Shown one piece after another: positions 51,455 through 64,000 of a stretch of 64,000 bases of DNA. Numbering within the stretch: the stretch's first letter is position 1; the number at the start of each line of letters is the position of its first letter. Source of the DNA: Chrysomallon squamiferum (Eukaryota > Animalia > Mollusca); contig CM022679.1 of the NCBI GenBank assembly GCA_012295275.1, positions 26,536,001 to 26,600,000 on the forward strand, in the 5' to 3' direction. Below the pieces are notes generated by a model. It made no database searches, was not told the DNA's origin, and saw only the letters and a program-made list of their open reading frames with translations. The translations under genes and the position numbers were made by a program.

Positions 51455-52888
51455 TTAGACGTTAAACATATCTACCTTAATAATATAATATTATTTGGAT
51501 ATTTTATTTATTTAAACCAGGTAATAATATTTATTTTCCAAAACTTTTGTCATAGGGTTTTTTGTATTCAGCGTTATCAGATGTATATGAATCCGGGAAT
51601 GTTTGTAACCAATGCTATAAAATTAACCTAGAAATACCTTTAAATGAGGTAAATCGTTTACTTAGTTTTCATTGTTTGATTCAGGTGTATGCTTGGTAAA
51701 CGGAAAAGCCTGAAGCATACAAGTGTTTTGCTACTTTCTATAACAACAATCGAGATATATTAATAAAAGAATTAACGTGTTTTTTTTACAGAAGTGAAGA
51801 ATAATGCTTATGGCTTTTAAATGCTATTATTAAATCTTTATATTTTATTAATAAATATTTATAATCAGCTTCTGAATATCCTATTTAGACTATTATAAAT
51901 AAGAAATGAAATATGGTGCTTAGAAATTAGTTTCTTTTTTTTCCCCAGTTCTTTTTACAAAAAAGAAAGAAAAAAAAGAAGTCGAACAAGTTGCACCTGA
52001 CCGTTTCGCAAGAAAGGTGTTTTGTTTTAGTTTATCGGAGTGATGGGCGGAAAGAGGTAATTTTGATAGATGTAACTCAAAGCAGTTTAGGATATTCATA
52101 CGTTTAGCAAATAGTAAATAGTGAAGTCTATCATACAGATATGTGCAAGGATGTATTACAAGGATCCGTGCTTCAGACAAACTTTGTTTACAAATTAAGC
52201 TGTAATTGCGGCCTTGGTTGTTTAATTTGTAACTAAGCCTTCGGTGCATAATTACAGGGGGGATTTTTTTTTTTTTTTAATGGATGAAAAGAAAACATTT
52301 TTCAATCGCACTGTGAATCACAGTTGGTAAATATAATATGTGTTTTTTAAATTAAAAATATTAAACTATTAATATTATAAAAGATAAAACGATCAGTTAA
52401 TCGTATCATCTGTTTTTATTCATGTGGATTTTATCGCGTAATTTCATGATTAATAACATCATTTATTTGCTACACATTGCACAGTCTAGTTCATTGTAAT
52501 TTTGAACATTAATTACGAATAGATAAAATAATGAAATGCCTGATCATTAAATTACGTAAACTACATGTATATTAATTATGCATAAAGTGTAATTTGTATA
52601 CACATCAAGTAATTTAGAATATTATTATTTGATGACAATATAATTTATTTTTAAAATATAATAATAAAACATAACTGCCTTAAAAATATTTTAACAGTAA
52701 CTGAACTATTTTGAGGACTATTCTTATGAGGACATTACTTTTCTTGTGTGTGTCGGTTAATTTTATTATATGTTTTTTATTATTTTAGGATGCAGGTAGA
52801 CACCACCAAGCCTTTAATACACTGAAATTGCCTTACACACACACCATGTTCAGATCATAGATAGTCAGCTCCAACCAAAAACAGCATT

Positions 52889-53075
52889 ATGGCAGAACTC
52901 ATTATGGCTATAGGTGTATTTCTGATGTTAAGCCAGACAGTCCAAGCAGACATTATAAATGTGGTTAACTGTTCAAAAGCTCAGGACTGTGGCTGGAAGG
53001 CTAGTTGTGTATCTGTTAGGTGCACTTGTCCTCAAGATTACAGCTTACACACCAATGGGAGAGACTGCATGAATG
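52889..53075 (+). CDS. Membrane protein exon 1 (signal peptide + EGF-like)
   Basis: MAELIMAIGVFLMLSQTVQA-DIINVVNCSKAQDCGWKASCVSVRCTCPQDYSLHTNGRDC|gtaagg; exon acceptor at 52788. Confidence 0.88.
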
Positions 53076-56000
53076 GTAAGGAACTTTTCCTCATACATCT
53101 TCACAGACACCCAAACTCAGAAAAAACATCAAAATAACTTGTACATAATTATTAATACTAATTTTTAAAAATAAAATGAAGTGCAAAACCACATTTTTTT
53201 TCACTTACATTTATCAGTAATTTGATTTTCAAAGTACAAATGGTTTTGGTGATATGTTTCTTTTTATTAGTGTGAAAAGTGTGTTTTATAGAATTCCTAA
53301 AAGACATAATAATTTAATCCACAAGGATAAAAAAAACAGCTGCTATCATTCGTTACTATATATATCTGCAAGTTTAATCAAAATATGTAAATTATTAAAC
53401 ATAGGTTCTTTATTTATTTGTTTGTTTGGAAATCCAAAAAATGATAGACAACATAATTAAAACCAGCTTGGTTAAAAGATGGCAAATATAAAACATCAGT
53501 TTCATTCTCATTTGGATCAAAATATTTTCATGATGACTGTTTACTCAGTGAGTCTGTCATTTTAATTTCCAGTAAAGGAAATAGCCTGCACTATCTTTTC
53601 TTTTGTAGCTTTTTTGAATCAAACTGATGTTCTCATTTGTGTCTGCTAGCACAAAATAATTTCCTGAGTGCAACAAAACTGTACACGCTGATATCTCTAG
53701 TTTAATCACAAAATTATTGTGAAATGGTCTCTAAAAAGTAAGGGCAACCGCTCTCTTTTAGAAAAAGAAAGAAAAAACAAGGATTATGAATCAGCCTTGT
53801 TCTGGTATCATCATTACTTTTTTAAAATTTATTTATTTTGCAGATATTTGTCAGGTGCATGACTGTCTTGAATGTACATCACAAGAAAAATGTACACGGT
53901 AAAACCTAAATTATTTTTCTTGTGTAACAGAAACAACATTACTGATTGAAATTAGTCTATAGAAGATGCTATATTAGACTTTTCATGTTGAATTGAATAC
54001 CAAAAATAGTTCTTGTATACTTTGAAGTTATTCAACTTATTGTTATATTACTATAACCAACCCTTAATAATGATAGAATACAGAAATATTCTACCATGTT
54101 CACAATAATGTATATTGAAAATTTTCTTTTGTGCCTGTTTCCACTAAGGTATTAGTAGTTTTATAAGTATTACAATTACTACTACTGTTACAACTACTTT
54201 GATAATAATAATAATACTAATATTAGGATATTTATACAGTAACAACTCCAATTAATACTATTACTTCTAGAATATTTATAAAACTGAAATAATTTTGATT
54301 ATTTTGTTTTCTTTATAGATGTGTGAACTTTATTTCTGCTTCTAATGGTCAGTGTCTAGAAAAGTGCAGTGGTCAGGCAGAGGTGTTGCTTCAAGGTGTT
54401 TATCAAGGCAACGTCTGTACAGGTATGTCAAAATAAAGTTAATTTTTAATATAACACACTATATATTTGCATTTACCATCACCTTAGTTGCATTGAATTG
54501 AATCAGATACGCAATTTTAAAAAAAAAGCATTGTTATCTATATGTTAACACCCATTTTCAATTTAAATGGATTTAATTAAGGCTTTGGCTGTTAAGTGTG
54601 CTATTAAAAAAGGAAGTCTGTTTGATTTGTAATTTGTTGTCTCATAATTTACAGAAAAAGATGTCAAAACTGATGTTGTGATTGCTGTTGTTGCTGGTGT
54701 GGCTGCTGGTTTACTTCTGTGCCTCATCATCACTCTGTGTGCCTGTTTCTATGTCAGAAAAACTAGGTAATCATAGGTCATTGCCTCTCTAGTTTAATTA
54801 AGATTAACTGTAAATAATAATTGAGCTATATTTGCTTTTTTCTCTGTTAGAAGAAGCATCAATGCCAAAATGTGAAAATGTAGCTTAAATACATTGAGTA
54901 AATCTACCTAGTTAATATTTTATTACAGAACCTCAGTGTTTGCTAATAATAAAGTATGACAGCAGTTTTTATAAGATAAACACTGCAGTTGATTATTTTA
55001 AAGATAAATAGCAGAATTAGTGAGATGTGTTCAGGCTACTTTATCACTATCTTATGTCTACCTTTAACAAAATTAAATGTTTGGTCCAGGAGCATGTAAA
55101 GAGGGTTAAGATTTAAAAATATATAAGTTGACTTTGTTAAATCTGTAATATAAAGTATTTGATATTTTTAAATTATTGGAGTTGTTTTTTTCTCAGAAAA
55201 AAGATTAATCTGCAGGAGAAAAGTTACAAATCAGGTCAAATGGAAATGGGCAAAGTAAGACAGGTATGTGTTTTGTGTTTAGTTAGAGGTCATTATTTAT
55301 TTATTTTTACTTTTTATTTGTCTGTTGTTTTAAAGTTTCAGTTTTACTGGACTACATATTTTTACTTGAAGTACACATGTTTTATTTTCATTTATAAAAA
55401 AAACAAACAACTAAATACCCCCTCCCCCAACAAAACAAAAAAGAATCATGTTGAATACAAAATAATTACACTGATTTACGTTTACTACTTACTATTAATT
55501 ATTTAAAATTATACCTAGTTTTTATTTGGTTTACTGTTAATGATATTATGTCATACATATACATATATATATATATATATATATATTTAAATATATATTC
55601 AATATTTTCTTACAGATTCCACATTATGATAATAAAGCTTTTGGTAAGTGATATTCCTAAATATAAAATTTTAAATATAAAATTTATAAATGCCTTGTAA
55701 TGGCAGGAGATTATGTTATATTTTGAAGATTGCAAAAAAGAATTGTTTTCTTACATTTCACATTATTTTAATTTTTAAAATCAAGTCATTCGACTCTCAG
55801 TATCTTTCATATTTAAATACCATGAAAAATATTAATTTTGATGAAAGTTTCTTTTTATTCTTTTAGAAACGGATAGTGTTGTGGATTTCCATGCAAGTGT
55901 CATTGACCCAGAAGTATACTTAGAACAACTGGAGCAACTTCGTCCACACACAGAAACACTGATGACTGTCCTCAGCGACATTCGACGCAAACTGCGAGGA

Positions 56001-56336
56001 ATGGAACCAGCAGATCCCAGAGTCCCCACATACAAGTATAGTTACAATCTGATACAATAGTAATACAGTCTTTGCTAACAATAAAGTATGACAGTAAAAA
56101 GTATGGATGCTACATTTTTTTTTTCTTGTAGTCACAATGTGTTCAGTCTTACTACATTAAATATACATCATTACATGTATATTCTATATCTTGCCAGTGT
56201 TAATACTTTTTTTTTGACATAGGAGTCTTATATCAGCTATGTCGTCTAAACAAATCACAAATAAATATAGAAAAAGCGTTCAGGCTATCTACATTATATA
56301 ATGTATATTTTTGGAGTTAATATCAGTCCACTAAAA

Positions 56337-56370
<34 letters not shown>

Positions 56371-58576
56371 CCCTTAAAATTAATTTTTAGATAAATACAG
56401 ATTAATATCTTGGCACTTTTTCTTTGACAGAGGTGTGATACATCAGCTGTGTCGCGTGTTGGTTCTCCTGCACAAGAAAGACTCGACTGTCAGTATTCCT
56501 TCAGACGCCCTTGGACTCATTGAGTGGGCCCAGCAGATGCTTGAAGATCATAGAGAACAGGAGGTGATCAGGGTCAGAATTCAGCCTCACATTTAGGGCG
56601 GGTCTGTTCTGAGGGGAGGGGTTAGAAATGAGGACAAATAATGAACTTTATAATTTAACTTTAGGTAGCATTTTTGAATGTACAAAGACACAGTTTTGTA
56701 GTATTAGTTTTAATAAGAGATAATATTGTATATTTAAATATATTGAGATTCATTTGTCTCGACAGCTGCAACCATTTTATTTCAACTTGAGCACAGTTCT
56801 GAAAATAGTCTCATATCACAAGATTGGACTAATAAATGCATTTAATTCAGTCCCATCATTTTCTTTTCTTTTCTTTTTTTCCTTCTAAAAACAGAAGAAG
56901 CAAATATTACCAAAAGTTCTGGCAAATAAACACAAATGTCCTTTAAATCTTTTACCAGCAGATTACTGTTTAATGCGTTTATACTGTTATTATTTTCATA
57001 TTTCACATAAAACTATAATCTTTATTTTAAATGTTTCTAGTAACATAGTTCACAGGACATTGTTTATGCTTTCTGTTCAGTAAATTTATTTATTTTTATT
57101 TTCTATGTAGCTTAATGTTACCATATTTCATAGAGTACATGCTATAATCATTATTTTAAATGTTTCTAGTAACACAGTTCACAGGACATTGTTCAACCAG
57201 TTTTATTGTTTATAAGATTTTGTTTTAAATATTTCTAGTTCATCAGACAGTGTTGTTGCTCCTATTAATTAATTTCTTTATAATATTATTTTCTTCATAG
57301 TTTAATACCATACATACAGTAATCGTTATTTTAAATGTTTCTAGGAATGTTACTAATTGATTAATTTATGTTATTATATCTTCATGGTTTAATAGCTTAC
57401 ATAAATTAACCTTTATTTTAAATATATTTCCAGGAACATAGTTCGTCTGACAATGCTGAAGCTCCAGTCAATAAAATTTCGTACATCGACGTGGATTTTG
57501 AAAAACTCAATACCCACGTCTACGCAACGCCAGTGGGATCAGCTAACCACAACAACGTCATGGCTCACGATCCGTCCAGCTCTCGTGATACCTCCGGCTA
57601 CTACAGCAGCGTTCCGGTCCCCCTTGGAATGAACCTCAATAACACGTACGCCACCATTAACCGCAGCCCCGTGAAGCCTTCCTCCTTCCACGGGAACAAG
57701 AACTTCACGTCTGCCAAAGTCTCGTCTTTCAAGAAAGTCAACAACACGAGTAAAAGTCGGGTTGTAAATAACTACCCGAAGGCTTACTTTGCCAACGGTC
57801 GCTACTATGATCCAAACCCACAGACAGAGGTGTATGCGCCTGCTAGTTCCTACAGCGATCGAAGTGCTGGGCCTTTGTCCACTTTCATTGGTGATTTACC
57901 GAGGTCCGAATCAGTGTCGTCAAACGCAGCTTCAAATGGGTAAGTTTTAATATTAATAATAAAAAAATTTTTTTTTTTTTTTTTTTTGGATAATTTATTT
58001 TCAGAATGATAATAAAATCTTTAATTAAAGCAAAAAGTAGGTTATTTAGTCCAATAACATTAAATATGTATCAGAAATAAAGATGTTTTAAATCTTTTCT
58101 TTTTCAGGTTTTTTTTTTAACTTTATCTTTTTGAATATTTAAATTTTTTATTATTATTATTAATTAGAATGCAATATTATTTTAAAAGCAGCAATTTTTT
58201 ATATATTTTTTAAGTAATATTTTATTTGTTTATCTATTTATTTCTGGTTTGTATAATTAATCTACACAATAATAATACAATTTTTTTTTAATTATTCCAT
58301 TAATTTTAAATCTATGTTTTTTCTGATCATTTTAATTTCATATAGTTATTTTTTAATGTTTATTAATAAGTATGCATATCATTTTAAAAGTAAAAAAAAA
58401 TGTTAACCTGTTTTTAAGAAATATTTATTTATTTTTTGATTTATTTATTTATTTATTTATTTATTTAATAATTTGTTTCTCATTTTGATTTCAGTGGTGA
58501 GAATGTGGATGATGATGACGATGGTGATGTTTTCCCCTTTGACCCTTGTGAAGCTACAGACCCTGTGGAGGTTTAA
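52889..58576 (+). CDS. Uncharacterised type I membrane protein (EGF-like + furin-like Cys-rich ectodomain), 10 coding exons, about 480 aa
   Basis: Exons below join in frame to 1443 nt with canonical GT-AG sites; signal peptide, Cys-rich modules, one TM helix, long cytoplasmic tail. Confidence 0.88.
53844..53898 (+). CDS. Membrane protein exon 2
   Basis: ICQVHDCLECTSQEKCT. Confidence 0.87.
54319..54422 (+). CDS. Membrane protein exon 3
   Basis: CVNFISASNGQCLEKCSGQ...GNVCT. Confidence 0.87.
54655..54766 (+). CDS. Membrane protein exon 4 (TM helix)
   Basis: VVIAVVAGVAAGLLLCLIITLCACFYV-RKT. Confidence 0.9.
55197..55263 (+). CDS. Membrane protein exon 5
   Basis: KKINLQEKSYKSGQMEMGKVRQ|gtatgt; alternative donor gtaaga 9 nt upstream. 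Confidence 0.82.
55616..55643 (+). CDS. Membrane protein exon 6 (28-nt micro-exon)
   Basis: ttacag|IPHYDNKAF|gtaagt; required for the phase 0 to 1 shift. Confidence 0.82.
55867..56035 (+). CDS. Membrane protein exon 7
   Basis: YLEQLEQLRPHTETLMTVLSDIRRKLRGM...PTY. Confidence 0.87.
56431..56563 (+). CDS. Membrane protein exon 8
   Basis: GVIHQLCRVLVLLHKK...LGLIEWAQQMLEDH; donor gtgatc at 56564 or gtcaga at 56573. Confidence 0.83.
57020..57470 (+). repeat. Degenerate tandem copies of the exon 9 acceptor region
   Basis: ttattttaaatgtttctag-taacatagttc... near 57021, 57151, 57221, 57326; real site at 57413..57433. Confidence 0.8.
57434..57939 (+). CDS. Membrane protein exon 9
   Basis: EHSSSDN...ISYIDV...VYATP...YATINR...; donor gtaagt. 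Confidence 0.9.
58495..58576 (+). CDS. Membrane protein exon 10 (last)
   Basis: GENVDDDDDGDVFPFDPCEATDPVEV-TAA. Confidence 0.87.
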
Positions 58577-61500
58577 GAACTCTCCACAAAGAAGATACAT
58601 TTACAACTTCAACCAGATTTAACCTGAAACATCCAACGATTAAAATCATGAAATGACATTTATTGCTACCACTGCTTGAAGATTTGGATTTCCTCAAATC
58701 AGTATTTTTTTTATACTTGTTCTTGTTTTATTTTGTGGCAAAAACCCCCACATATTTTCACAAAGTGCCGCATATTTGAGTTATTTTATATGTAAGTAAG
58801 AACATTTTGTGATAAAATACTAAATCACACAATCTTTTCAAACGTTTGATTTATTATTATTATGATTTTAGAAAAACTTTTGTTGTTTTTTCCTGCATAT
58901 CACAAAATTTGAGACATATAATGATATATATGGTTCTGTGTGTACTTTTTTATATATGATACAGTTTTTGAGTTCTTTTTTTTAAATTTTAATCTGTTTC
59001 TTTTAACAACCAAAAGCACACATCCAAAAGAGACCTGTTCCATCTGATGCTGATTTTAATTATATTTTTTATTAAAATTTACAAACACAACTAGCAAATA
59101 AAACCAGAAATATTTATTTTAATATATTTAAGTTTTAAAGTATTTTTATTTCAATTTTGTAGCCACAAATAGCATAAAATAATTAATTTGTGTTGTTTGT
59201 TTATTTTTTTACAAATGTTTTAATGATATTGTCACTTGAAGGCTGTATTTTTTTTGAGCATATTTTAGAAGTTTTGATAAACTTTTTGGTATCCTTGTAT
59301 AGCTTTAAAAGACAAAAACAACTACTGATAAATGTGTAATGTATTTGCTTTTAACATATTTTTGTATCTTTTAACCACAAATACACGAAAACGCATTTTA
59401 TTGTCAGTTTTTAAATAATGTTTTAATTAAATGTTTGTAACAACAAATAATAAAAAAAAAAAAAGGAATGGCAACATTTTTATTTTCACTGCAGCCAAAG
59501 GTTAGATAAATGAAAATCAAAACTGTTATGTCATGCATGAATTGAGATATAAATTTAAAAGTTTAAAAACTGGAAAAACATATTGCTAGTAGATTTTCTC
59601 AAAAAGAGAGAGATTACAAAATGTTAAGATGCAACCAGTACAGTACAGTAAGAAGATTGCTACATTTAATTATTCAGGAGAAACAATATCAGACTTAAAA
59701 GAAACCTAATTATCACTTCTGATGAATTAACATCTTTGGCTTTAATTGAAGGTTTTTTTGTGTGTGGAATGATTTAAAAATCTAAGTTTATTTTGCCAAT
59801 GATTTGTTAGCATATCAAATTTATTTTAACAATGATTTTTTAATGATTTTTAAATTATGAAATCCATAACATACATCAGCTTTTTCATGAAGACAAAGAC
59901 GGCTATGATTCCTTCTAATTAACTTCCAATTAAAAGCTGCTGACACGCTGAGTGTATTTTCAATGTGTACATATACATATGTATATATATATATATATAT
60001 ATATAATATACACATCTATTTAATCAGATACATATTTTTAATGTTTGCACAGTTATTGTAATTTCATTTCTTGTTTTGTCAATAGTTTTTTGTTTCTTGA
60101 TTGATAAATGTTTTAATTGTTACTATTAATGTTTTTTTATAATTTTTGCTGACATTAAGAGCTTATTAATGCAAAAAATGAAATACTATTTTATCATTTA
60201 TAATTTCATTATTAAATTTTTTTGTTTTTTCCTTTTTAATTCATATTTGTAACGTTTTTTTTTTTTTTAATCTTCTGGTTTTTTTTTTTGGTTTTTTTTT
60301 CTTCTATTCATCATCACCCTTTGAAATACATTTTAGAACATATTTAAAATTTCAAAACAATTTTGATTGCATACATATTTCAACCCAAGAATTACATTTA
60401 TTTATATACATACATTTTATTATGATTTTAATTTTTCTTTTTTCATTTAGACTTTTGATCCCCAAAATTAACACAATTTATCGCTGTTGTTTACTATCAT
60501 AAGCAAAAATGATGTGTTTATTTGTTTTAATGTGTTGTTTGTGTTGTGCTGTCTCAGATTTTATGATTGCTCATTTCACATTATTTTCAGATATTGTGTT
60601 TTGTGTTAACAGATTAGCTCATTTTATAAGCTGAGGTTGGATCTGGATATCAGGTTGTCTCTTCATTTTTTATTTCTATAGTTATTACTTTATTATTATC
60701 ATTATTTTTATTTATTTATTTATTTATTTTTATTTTGGTTGCTGTCTTAGAAATTTTACTTTTTTTATTTACATCCAACTTTGTATGTTTTGTCTCAGAA
60801 ACTAAATATTTATTTTATTCCTAGTTCAGTAAATTCCTGCATATGGATATTTCCTGATATAAGAGGATAATTAAAATGATACAAAAGTTTTATGGTTGCT
60901 AAAATGGATTCTTACCATGTGACTTGTTATAAAAACTTGTAGCATGTGATTTGTTGCAACTACAAAAATCAAAACAATTGAAAATATTTTTATTTTATTT
61001 TATATTTCATGTATGTATTATTAACATTAAAAACTGTTTTCAAGGTGGATTTTTTTTTTTAATACTGTAAGACATAGGTCTGAATGTTATTGTCCTATTT
61101 TACCCCAAATACCATAGGGAAAGAAAAAAAACATTCCCAAATTATTTTTAAATGTTAAGAGATCACAATATATTAACAAAAGTAATATGTGAAGGGGAAA
61201 TAACTCTCAACTCTACATTTTTCATTAAATTGATTGGTTCCAGAGATTTCTGTTTGCTTAGAAATTAGAATATTATTAAACTTGTTCACAACAAAATGAC
61301 ATTTTAGTATAAAAATAACATCATTATGATTTAGTCCAGTACTGAATTTAATCTTATTTCTAAAAACAATGAAACATGTCGCATGGTTATGAAATCACTT
61401 TAATCAGAAACAGTAACAATATCAACACCAGACATGTATTTTTAATATTTTTAAAAATGTGTTTATATTTTCTGCTTCTTTGTGATACCATTCCAAACAA

Positions 61501-62526
61501 GAAACTTAAGATCTGACATCTGCCTTATCAAGATATCAAATTAATTCAGAATTAACTTTTTACTTTCTCATCTTGTATTACTTCTTAAGCTCAGGTTCAG
61601 GCCCTTTTTCCACTCACACTTATACATTTTAGTTTTTTCTGTTTAACTGTTTGATTTTCTTATAAGTACACATTGAGTATTTTAAAAAAAAATTTTTAGA
61701 GTCAATATGTACATTTTATGTATTAATTACAAAACTCTGTAGCGCTTACTTATTTACTGAATTGCAGCTGGTAATTTTTTTAATTATTGTTTTACTGTTG
61801 GGTTATCTGATCACCTTGTTTTTCAAATCATGGATCTGTTTCTATGCCTGTTTCATTTTCACAGTTGCTATTGCCTTGTTCTGTTGTCTCAAATTATAAA
61901 CATATATGAACAACAATAACAACAACCACAATAAAAACAGCATTATTAATTACATAGTACTGTCTGATCAAGTTCATTTCTGAACAGACTTCAAATGTTA
62001 ATTTGTTAACATGCAGAATATACACACGTGCACTTGATTTTTTGTTTGGATTTCATTTATAATATAAATATATATGATTATGTGTCTGTCGTTTTGAACT
62101 TTAATACACAGCAAAGACAATTCTTTCCAGAATATTTCATTATCTATTCATATCATTCTTTATTTTAAAGCATGTACTCTTTATATACATGTAAAATTCC
62201 TAATATGCTGTATTCATTACACCAAGCTATTGTTAAATTTTCATCTATTCACTGCACCTTACTTTGTCTGTGGACTTTAATGTATCCTGTTTGTCTCTAT
62301 TTTGTTCCTTTATCCTGCTGTCATAAAAATATTTTTAAAACATTTAAAGAAATATTGAAACAACATTCCAGCTATTATTGAAATAATATATAAATGTGTC
62401 CAAATTTTATGTAAATTTGTTTGTCTCAGAAACTAAAAGACATATTTTAAAAATGTATTTCGGTTATATTACTGCCAAAGATATAAGCTAATGTATATAT
62501 AAATAATGTAATGTGTATTTTGATAA

Positions 62527-62532
62527 AATAAA
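62527..62532 (+). promoter_or_regulatory. Candidate distal polyadenylation signal of the membrane-protein gene
   Basis: AATAAA at the end of a roughly 4-kb T-rich UTR-like tract. Confidence 0.25.
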
Positions 62533-63029
62533 TTATTAAAAGAAAACAAAATAGTATGTAGATTTATGCACCTGATTTAAATTTTACTGATTTAATTTTA
62601 AAGACTTTTATAATTTTTATATATACATTTTATTCTTTTAGTTGCTTGTTAATGAAAATATTGAAATATTCAATCAGTGAATACATCTGTAGAAATTACA
62701 AAAACTAATAATACCATTTGTTTCTGACAGTAACAGGGGATAACATATATAATCTAACATGTTGACACACTTCGATATACACAAAAACATTCATTTAACA
62801 ATTACTGTTTCAATTAAATTATTATTTTATTTACCGATTAGAAAATTGCTATATTCCTTTTAATATTGATTAAGGATTTTTTTCTTCTTTTATATATATA
62901 TATAAATTTTATTTATTTATTTCACTTTTTAATGTACAAGTTTTTCACAAATCACTGTTGTAATTACTGCCATTTTTGTTGCACATTTACAGTGGTACTT
63001 GTTAATTTTATCAGTTTTAAATTTTATCT

Positions 63030-63062
<33 letters not shown>

Positions 63063-64000
63063 GAGATAATCACCGTTTTCTGATTTTGTTGAGCTTAAAG
63101 TGTACTTCTAGTAGATCATATAAAAAGCCTAACTACATCCCAATACAAGTATATGTATATATACATATTTATTTATTTTTTAACAAGTAATCAATCTTTC
63201 CTAAAAATAAAGTATGACAGTAAAACAATGTTATATAAAGTAATGTGAGATTTCATCAAGATATTTTTTCATTCATAGTGAATCATTATAAATATGAAAA
63301 AATAAAAGAAGAAAAGAAAATTGTCTAAAATGATACTTCAAAAATAAATATTAAATGTACACCTCATATTGTCATACTTCATTGTTAGCAAAGATAGGTT
63401 GTCAGTAATATATTGAGGCTATTTATATATGCTGCTGGAAGTACAATTTAAATAAACTGATCAGTGATAAAAATTGTGCAATAGAATTTGGTCTAGCCAT
63501 GTCTATTAGGCTTCGATGATTTTCTATTTTCTCTTTATGTCTCTGTCCAGCACAGAAAATAGATTCAGTGTTTTAAAATGTATATACATGATCAATACAG
63601 AATGTCAGAAGCATCTGGAATCATGGGGAAATTTTACTTTTTTAATTAATTTATTTAAAAAAATATATATATTAAAATTTAGTAAACCTCTGTAATTTAT
63701 CATAAAATAGACAAATCTGGTTCATTAATCTGCAAATATGCCTGGAGGTAGAATAAAGAAATTTAAAAATAAATAATTAAATTAAAAAAAATAAAATAAA
63801 AAATAAAATAAATAAAATAATAAAAACAAATTATTAAGCATGTTATTCCTCTAGATTTTTTAGTTTTTTTCCTTGTCAAAAACGTATTCCAGAGATGATT
63901 TCGTGTATGATTTGTTGTATGTTTCTCTCTCTATGGAAAAGTCAATAAAAAAGATTGTTTACAAGAAGCCTATTGGTTTTCCCACATTATTATTACAAAT

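Noticed and set aside
58577-64000. Possible additional gene at the right end
   Set aside because: Only UTR-like or intergenic AT-rich sequence; no exon with a recognisable peptide

Overview
AT-rich, microsatellite-dense eukaryotic (metazoan; lophotrochozoan/cephalopod-like is my inference) genomic DNA with three spliced genes, each rebuilt exon by exon from splice signals and reading-frame continuity. (1) BTAF1/Mot1 SNF2-family TBP-displacing ATPase, + strand, 40 coding exons, 133..24186, 1822 aa by my exon sum, with one AT-AC U12-type intron (15872..16516). (2) Epsin (ENTH, 2 UIMs, DPW motifs, clathrin box, 3 NPF), - strand, 49313..33951, convergent with BTAF1. (3) An unnamed ~480-aa type I membrane protein (signal peptide, EGF-like and furin-like Cys-rich ectodomain, TM, helical cytoplasmic domain, Tyr-rich tail), + strand, 52889..58576, divergent from epsin. 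Most notable: the epsin DPW-coding block breaks frame exactly at a CAG|GTAAT site that could serve as both donor and acceptor (two abutting, mutually exclusive exons, or else an assembly indel); the U12 5' splice site is duplicated 183 nt downstream; and degenerate copies of exon-intron junctions recur inside introns of all three genes. No prokaryotic features, CRISPR arrays, tRNA or rRNA were recognised. Most ORF-track entries are low-complexity artefacts.
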